From positions 32,001-96,000 of the forward strand of contig CP060223.1 in the NCBI GenBank assembly GCA_023898465.1: a stretch of DNA of 64,000 nucleotides, read 5' to 3'. Position numbers and translations under genes: made by a program. The notes beneath the pieces were generated by a model that was not told the origin of the DNA, searched no databases, and saw nothing but the letters and a program-made list of their open reading frames with translations. Positions within the stretch are counted from its first letter, which is position 1. Every line of letters begins with the position of its first letter. The stretch is from Candidatus Nomurabacteria bacterium (lineage in GTDB: Bacteria > Patescibacteriota > Patescibacteriia > HK-STAS-PATE-3). Below are positions 26,901 to 37,282 of this stretch, in pieces.

Positions 26901-27185
26901 GCAAATCTGAGAACTGGAATCACTATTGAAGCTGGCGATACCGATGGTGATGGTCGGGATGAAATTGTGACTGGCACTGAGAATGGCGCAGCGCCTCACA
27001 TTCGTATCTTTGATGGTAATGGATCTGTTGAAGGACAGTTCTATGGATTTGCTTCGCGCCTCCGCAATGGTGTACACATTGGGGTAGGTGATTACGACGG
27101 TGATGGTGTTGCCGATATTGCCGCAAGCTTGGCGCGTGGTCTTTCCACAGTGCATGTCTACGATAGCAACGGCAACGATTTGTAA
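23940..27185 (+). CDS. secreted NHL-repeat beta-propeller plus FG-GAP/VCBS-repeat beta-propeller protein (about 1080 aa)
   Basis: Signal peptide MRFHLASRILIGALLVLTGALFSHTVFA. Repeated NHL-type units of the form G.LYVAD..N..IRKI. Seven C-terminal repeats of GD.DGDG..EI......GGPHVR.F plus FAY match the FG-GAP/integrin-alpha pattern. Confidence 0.8.
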   Translation: MRFHLASRILIGALLVLTGALFSHTVFAAYGDVTSFTSKVYAGDGGQAANAWLDFPEDINFDADGNLYVADTENFVIRKIDTNGVISTYAGSGHYGFYNAPGNAAQFASPKGLAIDSSGNIYVADTDNNMIRKIDRYRGISTVLSDNLNAPEGITVYGSYLYIADTGNNAVKKLNLGNGRVDILSSDVSHPRKLVVNTDGSLVYVTDSGNNRVVSVNTSTGLTSLIAGSSEGYREGVGSAAKFSNLAGIAFDGTYIYVGDGSGHDNRIRKIHIGTRQTSLVADDPRLQVFSTPFGIRIRNGKIYGASTGNSTIQSFTASNGEHYARIAGIDRFGYRNGSITEALFGRPNDVVMNAARTKMYVAENNKIREINLETSQVRLVAGNSIDDYVGEGQSGSAARFSTITAMAINSDGDTLYVVDHWNNRIRAVDVATGTTSLIAGGGEYNTSGSGNGYAEGSGESARFDNPFGIAISPDDTTLYITDVANRRIRKVVISTGATSLVAGSGANTSSDGSGAAASFMYPAGITIDTAGENLYVADRDAHTLRKIRLSDAMVTTIVGTAGRQGYRDGIGANAVLSYPLYVKWGSDNRLYFSEAGSLRLRLVEVSDMLTKLVAGSGNRGYHDSTRTDAKFNNIAGFAVDIPSHTLFAADNRNDLIRRISIAGSPPYSDPQPVVQGVRPSPIKDQTDASAVAYLDVLGANFLHGAETKFGDFRTTTYVKSDSQLTVVIPIGLMEPGHYDVSVTNLDGQVDILTNGFGLSDANGNVPERFFPILEQGGFYAYAPNFPGGVNLSSGDVNNDGRDEIITAPASLGGPHVRYFTKDGSVVGQLFAYAPSYRGGVSVASCDIDGDGKDDIVTGTDGAKAPHVRILRADGSLINQFFAYPQAFRIGVTVACGDVTGDGNPEIVVSPQARGGPHVRVFTPNGQLVSQFFAYPAHFRLGLDLALGDTDGDGTKEIIVAPLTNGGPHVRRFNAQGQLLGQFFAYGANLRTGITIEAGDTDGDGRDEIVTGTENGAAPHIRIFDGNGSVEGQFYGFASRLRNGVHIGVGDYDGDGVADIAASLARGLSTVHVYDSNGNDL

Positions 27186-27331
27186 TTGCTTGATTTAGAA
27201 AAAACCTTGAGAATTTAGGGTTTTTTTATTTATTATTACGTTCTTGCAAAAAAGAAAAAAATGTGTTAAAATAATTTAGGTAAATTCATGTTCGTAATTG
27301 TGAAAAACCTCGGTATTTCCAAGCTTGTGCC

Positions 27332-30300
27332 GTGGAACGATTGAAACAAAGAAAAGTCAGAATAGGGGAAAAACGCCAATTTAGAAAAACAAGGGGGAAA
27401 ACTCTTGGGAGTGGTGGCGTATTTTTGCGTCGTCGAGCAAAGAAAAAAACCCTAGGTTTTCGACAGTTTATTACACGTTCTGTTCGCCTAAGCCCTCGTC
27501 CAGCGCTTATTGGCGCTTTTGTGGCGCTCGCAGCCCTGGGTGGCATTTGGTATTGGTATGCCCGTTCATCTTTTGCTGTATCGGAAATCTACACATTTAG
27601 CAGCCAATCTGAATGGGAATCAGGTGAGTATTGGCTTCACCAACTCGATACGAAAACGTCAGCTGGTGATATTTCTATAGCTAGTGGAAGTGTTGGGTCT
27701 TGGGATGCTGGTACTCCGGGATATCCAGCAAACGAGCGGGGAAATCCTACCATCGTTCCAGAGGGCACGAATTATGGTGCCGATTTAGTGACTGATGGAT
27801 ATTACGTATACATGATCGTGGGAGGTCGGCAGCCAGGCTTCTTCCGTTACAACCCAGACACTAACACCTGGAAGTCATTAGCCGATGCGCCAACTTCTTT
27901 CTACTATGGAAGTGCGCTGACTTACTACGATGGAAAGATATACGCCATCAATGGACAAGAGGGTGATCCAAGCGCTGATTATTCCGCCGTGCTTTTCAGT
28001 TACGATATTGCTACAGATCTTTGGACACGCTTGGCAGATGCGCCATCAAACTGGGGGCTTGGGTCAGATATCATCAGTGGTCGCAATGGTAAGCTCTACG
28101 CGGTTAAAGGACAAAGCACCGACTTTTTCTGGTCATATAACATTTCCAACGACACTTGGAGTGATACCCTGCCGAGTATTCCGGCTCCCTATCAAATCTA
28201 TACTACCAATAGCCACACCTTAGAATTTTCTGATGTGTCCTACGGAGGGCCCGATCCAGTAAATTGTGAGGCTGGTTGTATTTATGCTTTTCGTGGGAAC
28301 AATAATCGGCAATTTTTACGATTTGATATCCAGTTGAATCAATGGGTAACTGGATTTGCCGATATTCCTTCAGCAATACGCGGAATACATTATGGAAGCT
28401 CGATGGCCTTTGATGATGTGAATGGTATGATGTACGCCTTTACCGGAGGAAACGATGATGAATTTGTAAAATATGATATTGCAAATGAAACCTGGGATGC
28501 CGACACCTTGGATACGCCGGACGCACCTCGCGCAGTATATTACGGCGGGGCGCTTGTGTATTTACAAGGCTACGTGTATGGAACTCTAGGAAGTAACCTG
28601 AGTGAGTTTGTTCGTTACGATGTCACTGCAGGTGAATGGAATTCAATTGTAAGTCCAGCCGCCTCCAGTACTAATGTTAATAATCCAGAAGATGAACTCA
28701 TGGCCTATGTGCCAAACGGTGCGGATTGTGCTGATGCCGATGGTTGTCTTTTCTTAGCACGTGGATCAAATAGTAACACTTTTTGGCGCTATGATATTGG
28801 AGCAAAAACCTGGAATTCACTTACGAACATCACTGCCAGCGTCTATTATGGCGGCTCATTATGCTACGACGGTAACAACAATATTTTTATTGCTCGAGGC
28901 GCAAATACTACTTCTGTCTATAATTACAGTATTAGCGGTAATAGCTTTTCTTCACTAACCTCACCAGGCGCGATTGGAAATGGTGGGGCGATCACATGTT
29001 TAGGCGATAATAACTTTTATCTTTTGCGGGGAAATAACCAGCCGAGTTTTTATCACTACAATGGTTCATGGACGACAGAAACAAATATCCCGGTTGCTCA
29101 GGCAAACCTCGGTGCAGCGGCAACGAATGATGGAACTTATATTTACGTGATGGCCGGTAACTTACGCGGGAGCTTTTTCCGTTTTGAGCCGGGCGTCGGT
29201 TGGACTGAGTTACCTGGATTGCCTACCTCATCCTACTATACCGGAACACTGGAATACGATGGTGTGGATAGTATTTATGCAATTGCCGGACGCTATGAAA
29301 AAGACTTTTGGCGCTACGATATTACTGATCAGACTTGGAATCGTATCACTGATTTGCCAGGCCGTTTTGTAAACTCCCATGCCGCTGCTCATGATGATGC
29401 GAATGATATTCTCTATTTACTCCGAGGTTTCGGCACATCATCTATCTATCGCTTCAATACAGAAACAGATGCGTATATCCCGAGTGCAAATTGGGTTTCA
29501 CCAATTATCGACCTCACCTATGTTTCATCGTTTACGAGTTTTGGTGACTCAGCAACTACACCAGGCTCAACTTCTTTTACCTACGAGTCTCGTACTTCCG
29601 ACGATAAAGTAAATTGGTCAGCTTGGCAGACGATTACCGGAGGCACAAGCATTCAATCTCCTACCAATCGGTATATTCAGATCAAGATAACTTTTAACTC
29701 TGACGACACCAATACTCCAACGCTCTCCAGCTTCAGCATCACCTATGAAAAAGATTCAGTTGATCCGACAAACCCGACAATCACCGGGTATTCCAACAGT
29801 GGCAAAACCGCAACCCTAAATTCTGGATCTTCCTATTACCATACCAATCCTTACTTTGAATTCTCGGGTGCTAGTGATGCCGAGTCTGGTGTAGTCGGCT
29901 ACTATGTTGCCTGGACGACAAACGCGACGCTTGATCCAAGTGCGGATGAAGACTATTTCCAGACAAGCGAGTCCTTTGAAGTAAATACCAGTTTACAAAC
30001 GAGCGCGCCTGGTCCGAATTATTATCTCCGCATCGCAACAAAAGACGGGGCGGGTAATGTCTCAACGCCGCAAACTGCTTTTACCTATGTATACTCCGGT
30101 ATCTCACCGGCTTCAGCAACAACTTGGACAACCCAAGGTGACTTTGAGACAAGCGGAACAAGTGGCACAAATGTGAATACTGCGGCTAATAGTGGCGTTG
30201 ATCTTACCTTAAGCTCCATTACTGATGGCGTATGGACAAACGAAGCGCCAACTCCTAATAACGTTAGTCATGGTGCTAGCTTAGCCTATGACGGAAACGA

Positions 30301-33300
30301 TACGCTGTATTTTGTTCGTGGCACTAACTCACAAGAAATCTACGCGTATTCTATTTCTCAAAAAACCTACACCCAGCTCACGAACTATGGAGTCAATGTA
30401 TATAATGGATCGAGCATGGTGTACATCCCTAGTGGCGCTCAGTGTGCTGACGCTACCGGATGTTTATTTGTGACACGCGGTGCTACCTCGCAAACTTTTC
30501 AGCGTTACAATATTGCCGCGGCTACATGGTCACCTCTCACAGATGTACCCGGAGTAGTGAACTATGGGAGCTCGATAGCCTGGGGTCAGGGAAATTATCT
30601 CTATGTGACCCGTGGAAACAACTCAAGCGACCTTTATCGTTACTCTATTTCAGGTAATTCCTGGACTAGCCTTACTTCAACCGATCAAACGCTTTATTAT
30701 GGATCGACCCTTGTATATGTTGCGCCTGGTGATTATTGCGCTGATCCAACCGGATGTCTCTTTGCTACTCGGGGAAACTCAGATTCTGACTTGTATCAAT
30801 ATAATATAAGTGAAAATTCTTGGATTTATCTTACGAACGCGCCTATTTGGACGCAGTATGGCGCATCATCATACTACTTAAATGGCGCCCTGTATCTCGT
30901 GCGTGGTTATCTCGCAAATGATTTCTTGAAGTATGATATTGCCAACGACTCGTGGTCTTATCTCGATGAAATTCCCACCAACCACTATCAAGGTAGTACC
31001 AATGGTTTAACCTACGTTCCTTCCACAGATACCATGTATCTTCTGCGGGGCTATAGCGACTACTCCCTCTTTGCCTATGATGTGTCAGAGGATCGATGGA
31101 AAACGCCAAGCTTGCCGCAGGATATTTCAAACACTGGATTCTATTATGGCGCAGTAGCCTATGATAGTAATATTGATCAGTTATATGTTTCGCGCGGACA
31201 AAATTACACTGATTGGTGGGCTTTCCATATCGATACAGATGAATGGGAAGAGTTAGCTGATGTGCCAATGCGTGTCTACCAGGGTGCTGATGCTTCTGTG
31301 ATAGATCATGCCAGCAATCAATACGATGGTGTATATTTAATGAATGGCGCCGAAAGTCTCGGTGACAGTGTTGGCTATTTCTTCCGATATAGCCGCACGA
31401 CAGATCTGTGGACTCGTCTAGCTGATCTACCAGCTGAGCCAGGACTTGGTGCTGATCTTGTTTGGGATGGAGTTGATACCCTCTATTCGCCTCGTGGACA
31501 AAACACCACGACCTATTATAAGTATACGATTTCTACAAATACCTGGGACACAGTTGCTTCAACAGTTCCAGGGGCTGTATATCAAGGTGGTTGTCAGGTA
31601 AATGGCGGTGACGGATATATTTACTTAGTACGAGGACAAAACACTGCTAACATTTATCGCTTCAACATTTCGACCGAAACTTGGGACGCTGCTGGCACCC
31701 TAACCTCGGCCCCGGGCAATTTCTATTACGGCGATGCATGTGTCTTAGATGGGCAGGGTAATATCCTCATCCCACGTGGCAATAATACGACAGACATGTA
31801 TGTCTATAACATTGCTGGTGATAGTTGGTCCACTCGATCGGTATTGCAGTACTTTGAATACGGCGAATTGGCCATGACTTCAAATAACGTCATTCTCGGT
31901 TTCCGTGGTGAAAGCACCTCTGCTCTACAGCGCTATGTTGTTGCCACAAGCACGACTGGCTTTGAGGGGAATGGCTCATGGACATCCCAAATTCTTGACT
32001 TTGGCACCGGCGCTTATGGATATGCTGGACTGAGTTTAGATGTGACGAATCCGGCGAATACATCTGTAAGTTTGGAAACTCGTACGTGCTCGGATGCTGG
32101 ATGTGCTGGTGATGAAAACGATGCACATTGGAGTGATTGGGCAGAAGCGACCAGCACGCAAAGCCTTGGGAGCGTCACCTCATATACCGTTGCTTCCAGT
32201 GTTGCGCAGTATGGTCAGGTTCGCATTCGCTTTGTGTCTGATCAACTCTATACCTCCAGCGTACATAGCCTTAGTTGGTCTTCGTATAGTGATGGAACTG
32301 CACCAAATAATCCAAGCGCAGCTAGTGCGTATACTGATTCAGGCAAGACAACTGGAATCACGGACAATACTTGGACCGCTGAAACAACTCCGTATTTTGA
32401 ATGGAGCTCCACAGATAATACCGGCGGTATAGGCGTACAGGGCGCTTATGTCTACTTTGGTACAAACAGCGCTCTTGATCCTGTCGACGATGCCGATGAT
32501 GCAACGAACTTGGCCTATAAGAGTGGTACTAACTTCTATAACGCAAGTAGCGGAACAGTATCCTGGGATGCATCTACGCAGGCATCAGGATCCTTGAGCT
32601 CTGGTACTTACTACCTCAAAGTAAAAACACAGGACTTTAATACAAATGTAACCGCATCGGCTGCATCTATCTTTACTTACAAAATTGATACACAGGTTCC
32701 AACTGATCCAAGTGGTGTCTCAGCCGATCCAGCAGGATATACCTCGGTGAATAATTTTGACTTCTCTTGGACTGCTTCCTCCGACACACACTCAGGTGTG
32801 ACTCAATATTGTTGGAAGACCGGGGACGTAGGCTCAACTGATACTTGTATCGATTCTAGCATAACAACGGTGACTGACATTCTGGCATATCAAACTCGTG
32901 GCAATACCTTCTATGTTCGTGCCAAGGACAATGCGGGGAACTATTCTAACTACGCAACAACAACCTACTTCTATGCTGGTGATGCGCCGACGGAGCCGCT
33001 TACGCTTGTAGCCACTCCAACAACGGCTGAGAATACAAATGCCTTCTCATTCTCATGGAGCTTACCAAATACTTGTCTTGGCCGGACACCATGTCAGGCT
33101 GCTGACATTATTCGTTACTGTTATACGATTAACGAGTTGCCGAGTCAGGCAAACTGTGGCACAAATTTGGATGGCAACGCTACGCCAAGTCCGGACGGAG
33201 GATGGACCACGTCGACTCAGACATCTAATCGACTCTTGCCGGCCTTCTCAGCTGCGACTCAGCAGGATGTAAACACGCTCTACTTGGTAGCAGCTGATGC

Positions 33301-35854
33301 GATTAATAATATTGATTACGCGAATTACGCAGAAGTGAACTATACTTTCACTTCTACTGCCCCTGGACCTCCAGCCAGCTTGCAAGCAACTGACTCATCT
33401 GATCGGGCTAGCGAAGAATTTTCAACTACCTTAACTTGGAGCACGCCAAGCGATGTAGGGGACGGCGTTGAGTTATACAAAATTTATCGTTGTGACGAAA
33501 ATAGTACTGACTGTGATAATCCTTCATCAAGCGAAGATCCGCCAACCTATTACACCAATATCGCAAATACTACTACACGCGGTTATCTCGATGTTGAGCT
33601 AGATACGACCATTACTTATCGTTACTTTGTCCGGGCAATTGGGCCAGGTAATGCGCCGTCTGGTAATTCTGCTGTAGTAAGCATTAAGCCAGAGGGTAAG
33701 TTTGTGAATCCTCCACTCATTATTGGACAAGTATCAGCGGTGCCAAAGGTAACTACCGCTGAGATGGAGTGGTTGACCGCTGATGATGTAGGTACCGGTG
33801 GTGTTGTTATTCCTCACCCTGCTTCTTCCTTTGTTGAATATGGAGAAACTACCGCCTATGGTAACGAAACCGGTTCATCTGAATTGGTGAATGCGCACAG
33901 CGTGACTATAACCGGCTTAGCTGCTGATACCACCTATCATGCGCGGGCGTTCTGGATTGATGTCGATGGAAATCGTGGTGAGTCATCAGACTTTGAATTC
34001 ACTACCTTGGGCGCCCCATCTGCCCCAACAAACGTAACAGTAGATCCGACCACAAACACAGCAAATCGATTCACTTTCTCATGGGATGCACCAAGCGACG
34101 AAGGTATTGAGATTGGTGGGTATTTCTACTCAGTGAATACTTTGCCAAATGAAACGAATGCCAAGTTTACTGCGAACACCAGCGTGGGTCCGTTCCGAGC
34201 AGCTACTCAGCAGGATAAAAATACTTTCTACGTTGTGGCATCTGACACTTCAGCCAACGTCGATTTCGATAACTACGCTACGGTAGAATTTGAAGCACAT
34301 ACGACACCGCCTGAACCTCCGCTTAATCTCTTTATCGAAGACTCATCAAACCGTGATACTGAAAATTATCTCGCTACGCTGACCTGGTCCGAGCCGGGCA
34401 TTCCAACCAGTACAGGAGGTCTCGTTTCGAGTGAGGAAGTAGACGAGGAAATTTCTTACGAGGTGTATCGTAAAGCTGAAGGGGAGGATGACTTTAGTAA
34501 AATTGCTAGCGTCAGTTCAACCGCTTATCTTGATGCAGGACTAGAGGGTGGAAAAACATATGAGTATACTGTCACGGCAGCTGATTCGGCTGGTGCAACT
34601 TCAGACCAGGCTGAGGCGGTGGATGTCGTTCCAACTGGTCGCTACACAACACCGCCGGATATTACTCAGGGCCCAACAGTCACGGCTGATTCCTTTAGCG
34701 CCAAGGTAGAATGGGACACTGAACGTCCAACATCCTCATTCATAGAGTTTGGTCTCACAGCAGATTTAGGTGATGAGCAAGGCACCTCTGATCTTATTTC
34801 AGATCATAGTGTGATTGTTACTGGCTTGAAGCCTACTACAACATACTACTATCGCGTGAAGTCGATCGATATTGATGAAAACGTGGGCTATTCCAGCGTG
34901 GGTAGCTTTACTACCCTAGAGGCTCCGCGAGTGCTTGATGCAAAGATTAGTAACATACGTCTCTTTGACGCTACTATTACTTGGACCACCAACAAGGAAA
35001 CAACCACTGCCTTACAATATGGCACTACGACTAATTATGGATTTACAGTGAATGACACTAGTGGCTCATTTGCCTTCACACATACTTTGCAGCTACAAGG
35101 CTTGGCCGACGGCACGACATATAATGTCCAGTTAACCGGTACTGATCGTAGTGGAAATGCCGTCCAATCTGACAACTATGTATTTACTACGCTGACCTTC
35201 CCGCGCATCCTCAGCTTTGAAACTGAAAACAAAGCAGAGGGAGAGACTGAAGTTCGTTGGACTACCAATGTGCCAACTACTTCTCTCGTTGAGTACTATA
35301 ACGAAACAAGTCCGCCAAAAACACAAGGTAACACTGCCCTGGTGACTGATCACGCTATCCTCCTCTTTGGTCTCGAGGACGCTACAGTATACAACTATAC
35401 AATTCTCGGCGAAGATCAGTTTGGTAATAAGGTAGAGTCGGATGAAAATAATTTCCGTACCTTGGAAGATACCACGCCGCCAATTATTTCCAACGTAAAA
35501 GTAGAATCAAACACCATTGGTTCTGGTGAGGCTTCTCGTGTACAGATCATTGTTAGCTTCCGGACAAATGAACCCACCTCTACTCAAGTGCTCTATGGAC
35601 AGGGATCAGCAGGTACCACCCAAGAGACTGATGTAAATGGTGAGCTTGTGTATGATCATTTGATGGTTATTCAAGATCTTGATCCGGCGCGTACTTACGT
35701 CGTAAAAGCTGTGGCAGTTGATAAGGCCGGAAACGGTTCAGAGTCTGATGTGTACACTGTGTTGACGTCACGATCACGTGATTCCTTCCTCCAGCTTATC
35801 ATCGCCAACCTCGAAGACACCTTTGCCTGGCTCGGTAATTTGACTCCGGGTTAG
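27332..35854 (+). CDS. giant surface protein P1 (about 2.8k aa): N-terminal basic segment, TM anchor, many Kelch-like repeats, multiple Fn3/PAP-N-like domains, conserved C-terminal tail; start codon uncertain
   Basis: TM segment ALIGAFVALAALGGIWYWYA. Repeated Kelch-like units of the form Y..YD........W..L. Stalk domains of the FEW(S/D)...D.GG(I/S)G..GY.Y type, and PAP-N-like units (TSFIEFG...HSV.VTGL.P.TTYYYRVKS). The C-terminus ...SRSRDSFLQLIIANLEDTFAWLGNLTPG is related to the P2-P5 tails at protein level only. Confidence 0.8.
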   Translation: MERLKQRKVRIGEKRQFRKTRGKTLGSGGVFLRRRAKKKTLGFRQFITRSVRLSPRPALIGAFVALAALGGIWYWYARSSFAVSEIYTFSSQSEWESGEYWLHQLDTKTSAGDISIASGSVGSWDAGTPGYPANERGNPTIVPEGTNYGADLVTDGYYVYMIVGGRQPGFFRYNPDTNTWKSLADAPTSFYYGSALTYYDGKIYAINGQEGDPSADYSAVLFSYDIATDLWTRLADAPSNWGLGSDIISGRNGKLYAVKGQSTDFFWSYNISNDTWSDTLPSIPAPYQIYTTNSHTLEFSDVSYGGPDPVNCEAGCIYAFRGNNNRQFLRFDIQLNQWVTGFADIPSAIRGIHYGSSMAFDDVNGMMYAFTGGNDDEFVKYDIANETWDADTLDTPDAPRAVYYGGALVYLQGYVYGTLGSNLSEFVRYDVTAGEWNSIVSPAASSTNVNNPEDELMAYVPNGADCADADGCLFLARGSNSNTFWRYDIGAKTWNSLTNITASVYYGGSLCYDGNNNIFIARGANTTSVYNYSISGNSFSSLTSPGAIGNGGAITCLGDNNFYLLRGNNQPSFYHYNGSWTTETNIPVAQANLGAAATNDGTYIYVMAGNLRGSFFRFEPGVGWTELPGLPTSSYYTGTLEYDGVDSIYAIAGRYEKDFWRYDITDQTWNRITDLPGRFVNSHAAAHDDANDILYLLRGFGTSSIYRFNTETDAYIPSANWVSPIIDLTYVSSFTSFGDSATTPGSTSFTYESRTSDDKVNWSAWQTITGGTSIQSPTNRYIQIKITFNSDDTNTPTLSSFSITYEKDSVDPTNPTITGYSNSGKTATLNSGSSYYHTNPYFEFSGASDAESGVVGYYVAWTTNATLDPSADEDYFQTSESFEVNTSLQTSAPGPNYYLRIATKDGAGNVSTPQTAFTYVYSGISPASATTWTTQGDFETSGTSGTNVNTAANSGVDLTLSSITDGVWTNEAPTPNNVSHGASLAYDGNDTLYFVRGTNSQEIYAYSISQKTYTQLTNYGVNVYNGSSMVYIPSGAQCADATGCLFVTRGATSQTFQRYNIAAATWSPLTDVPGVVNYGSSIAWGQGNYLYVTRGNNSSDLYRYSISGNSWTSLTSTDQTLYYGSTLVYVAPGDYCADPTGCLFATRGNSDSDLYQYNISENSWIYLTNAPIWTQYGASSYYLNGALYLVRGYLANDFLKYDIANDSWSYLDEIPTNHYQGSTNGLTYVPSTDTMYLLRGYSDYSLFAYDVSEDRWKTPSLPQDISNTGFYYGAVAYDSNIDQLYVSRGQNYTDWWAFHIDTDEWEELADVPMRVYQGADASVIDHASNQYDGVYLMNGAESLGDSVGYFFRYSRTTDLWTRLADLPAEPGLGADLVWDGVDTLYSPRGQNTTTYYKYTISTNTWDTVASTVPGAVYQGGCQVNGGDGYIYLVRGQNTANIYRFNISTETWDAAGTLTSAPGNFYYGDACVLDGQGNILIPRGNNTTDMYVYNIAGDSWSTRSVLQYFEYGELAMTSNNVILGFRGESTSALQRYVVATSTTGFEGNGSWTSQILDFGTGAYGYAGLSLDVTNPANTSVSLETRTCSDAGCAGDENDAHWSDWAEATSTQSLGSVTSYTVASSVAQYGQVRIRFVSDQLYTSSVHSLSWSSYSDGTAPNNPSAASAYTDSGKTTGITDNTWTAETTPYFEWSSTDNTGGIGVQGAYVYFGTNSALDPVDDADDATNLAYKSGTNFYNASSGTVSWDASTQASGSLSSGTYYLKVKTQDFNTNVTASAASIFTYKIDTQVPTDPSGVSADPAGYTSVNNFDFSWTASSDTHSGVTQYCWKTGDVGSTDTCIDSSITTVTDILAYQTRGNTFYVRAKDNAGNYSNYATTTYFYAGDAPTEPLTLVATPTTAENTNAFSFSWSLPNTCLGRTPCQAADIIRYCYTINELPSQANCGTNLDGNATPSPDGGWTTSTQTSNRLLPAFSAATQQDVNTLYLVAADAINNIDYANYAEVNYTFTSTAPGPPASLQATDSSDRASEEFSTTLTWSTPSDVGDGVELYKIYRCDENSTDCDNPSSSEDPPTYYTNIANTTTRGYLDVELDTTITYRYFVRAIGPGNAPSGNSAVVSIKPEGKFVNPPLIIGQVSAVPKVTTAEMEWLTADDVGTGGVVIPHPASSFVEYGETTAYGNETGSSELVNAHSVTITGLAADTTYHARAFWIDVDGNRGESSDFEFTTLGAPSAPTNVTVDPTTNTANRFTFSWDAPSDEGIEIGGYFYSVNTLPNETNAKFTANTSVGPFRAATQQDKNTFYVVASDTSANVDFDNYATVEFEAHTTPPEPPLNLFIEDSSNRDTENYLATLTWSEPGIPTSTGGLVSSEEVDEEISYEVYRKAEGEDDFSKIASVSSTAYLDAGLEGGKTYEYTVTAADSAGATSDQAEAVDVVPTGRYTTPPDITQGPTVTADSFSAKVEWDTERPTSSFIEFGLTADLGDEQGTSDLISDHSVIVTGLKPTTTYYYRVKSIDIDENVGYSSVGSFTTLEAPRVLDAKISNIRLFDATITWTTNKETTTALQYGTTTNYGFTVNDTSGSFAFTHTLQLQGLADGTTYNVQLTGTDRSGNAVQSDNYVFTTLTFPRILSFETENKAEGETEVRWTTNVPTTSLVEYYNETSPPKTQGNTALVTDHAILLFGLEDATVYNYTILGEDQFGNKVESDENNFRTLEDTTPPIISNVKVESNTIGSGEASRVQIIVSFRTNEPTSTQVLYGQGSAGTTQETDVNGELVYDHLMVIQDLDPARTYVVKAVAVDKAGNGSESDVYTVLTSRSRDSFLQLIIANLEDTFAWLGNLTPG

Positions 35855-37282
35855 CGAGATAAGATAGGGTAAAAATCCTTTTTGGGTTTGAAAAAACTCA
35901 GAGTGTTTTGTTGTTGACGAAATGATGAAAATATATCAAAATAAAACGGTAGTTTAACTTTTCTTTACTGAAAGAAAAAGGGGGATTTGGCTTGAAGATT
36001 AGCCAAGGAAAGAAAAAACAGGACTGGAAGGCTAGAAAAAAGAGAAAGTCAGGAAGATTCAGCCTTTTCAGTAATTTTTTTCAGAAAAATCGACGTCGTC
36101 AGACTAAACTGGAGCAACCCCACAGCTTAAAGCCTGGGGCTGTTTTATTGCAGCTTTTTAGACAGACGCGACGTTACCGGGCTCAACAGCTTGTCTCTAT
36201 TAGTCTGGCAATTGTTTTGCTCTTGGCTTTTGGTTTTCAAATGTTTGTTGTAGCGGCGCCACCTGAAACTGCTTTTACGACGGTAAGCTCCGATGCTGAA
36301 TGGAATATGGGCACGCTTGAAGATGTCACTGTGAATAGTGGCAGCATTGAAATTTCTGGAGACGGGGGAGCTGGCTGGTTGAGTGGATGGCAAAATAGGC
36401 AGCCGGTCACAATTACCAATACCGGTTCAGCGCAGACAAACTATCAAGTAAGAGTTGATGTTACCTATGATGCCAAAATGCAGGCGGATTTTGATGATTT
36501 ACGTTTTGCAAAAGCTGATGGCACTGAGCTGGACTTTTGGCTGCAATCTAAAGTTGATTCTACCTCAGCCGTTGTTTGGGTGGAGGTGGATTCTTTGGCT
36601 GGATCGGGCGATACGGTGATCTACATGTATTACAATAATTCTGGCGCTTCGAGTACATCGGACGGAGCGGCGACTTTTCCTCTCTTTGATGATTTCAATG
36701 ATGCAAGTATAGACACGGGTAAATGGGTAGAAGTTGATCCCAGCTCAAAAATTGATGAATCAGCCGGATCGCTCCGTTTCCTTTACGGGTCTGGTAGTGG
36801 AGCATGGAATGCAAGTGTGTATGGCGTCACTTCTTTTACGCGGGCGGATTGGAGTTTTGAGTGGGATCAAACTTGGATTAGCGATTATAATCCATATGAC
36901 GCCTTCATGTTTGGCTGGAAAGATGATGGCGGAGCGGTAAGTTACACAAATCTCGTGTATGGCTACTACAATAGTGGGTCGGGTTTTTGTACAACGAACT
37001 GTACAGGGAATGTGTATGAAGATGGGAATAGTCGGGGAAATGCTGGAGTATGGGACAAAGATGTAACGTATAATCTGCGGGTTCGCATGCGAAGTGCTGG
37101 CGGAGCTTACTATGAAAAGAGTACAAACAATGGGGGATCATGGACAACCGATTATACAAGCACCTATTCAACTGAGGCTTCTCTTCATCCAGCCTGGATG
37201 CATTACGCAGGTGATTATTTGATTGATAATGTGCGGGTACGTAAATGGATGGCAAGCGAGCCAAGTCTTGTCTTTGGCACCG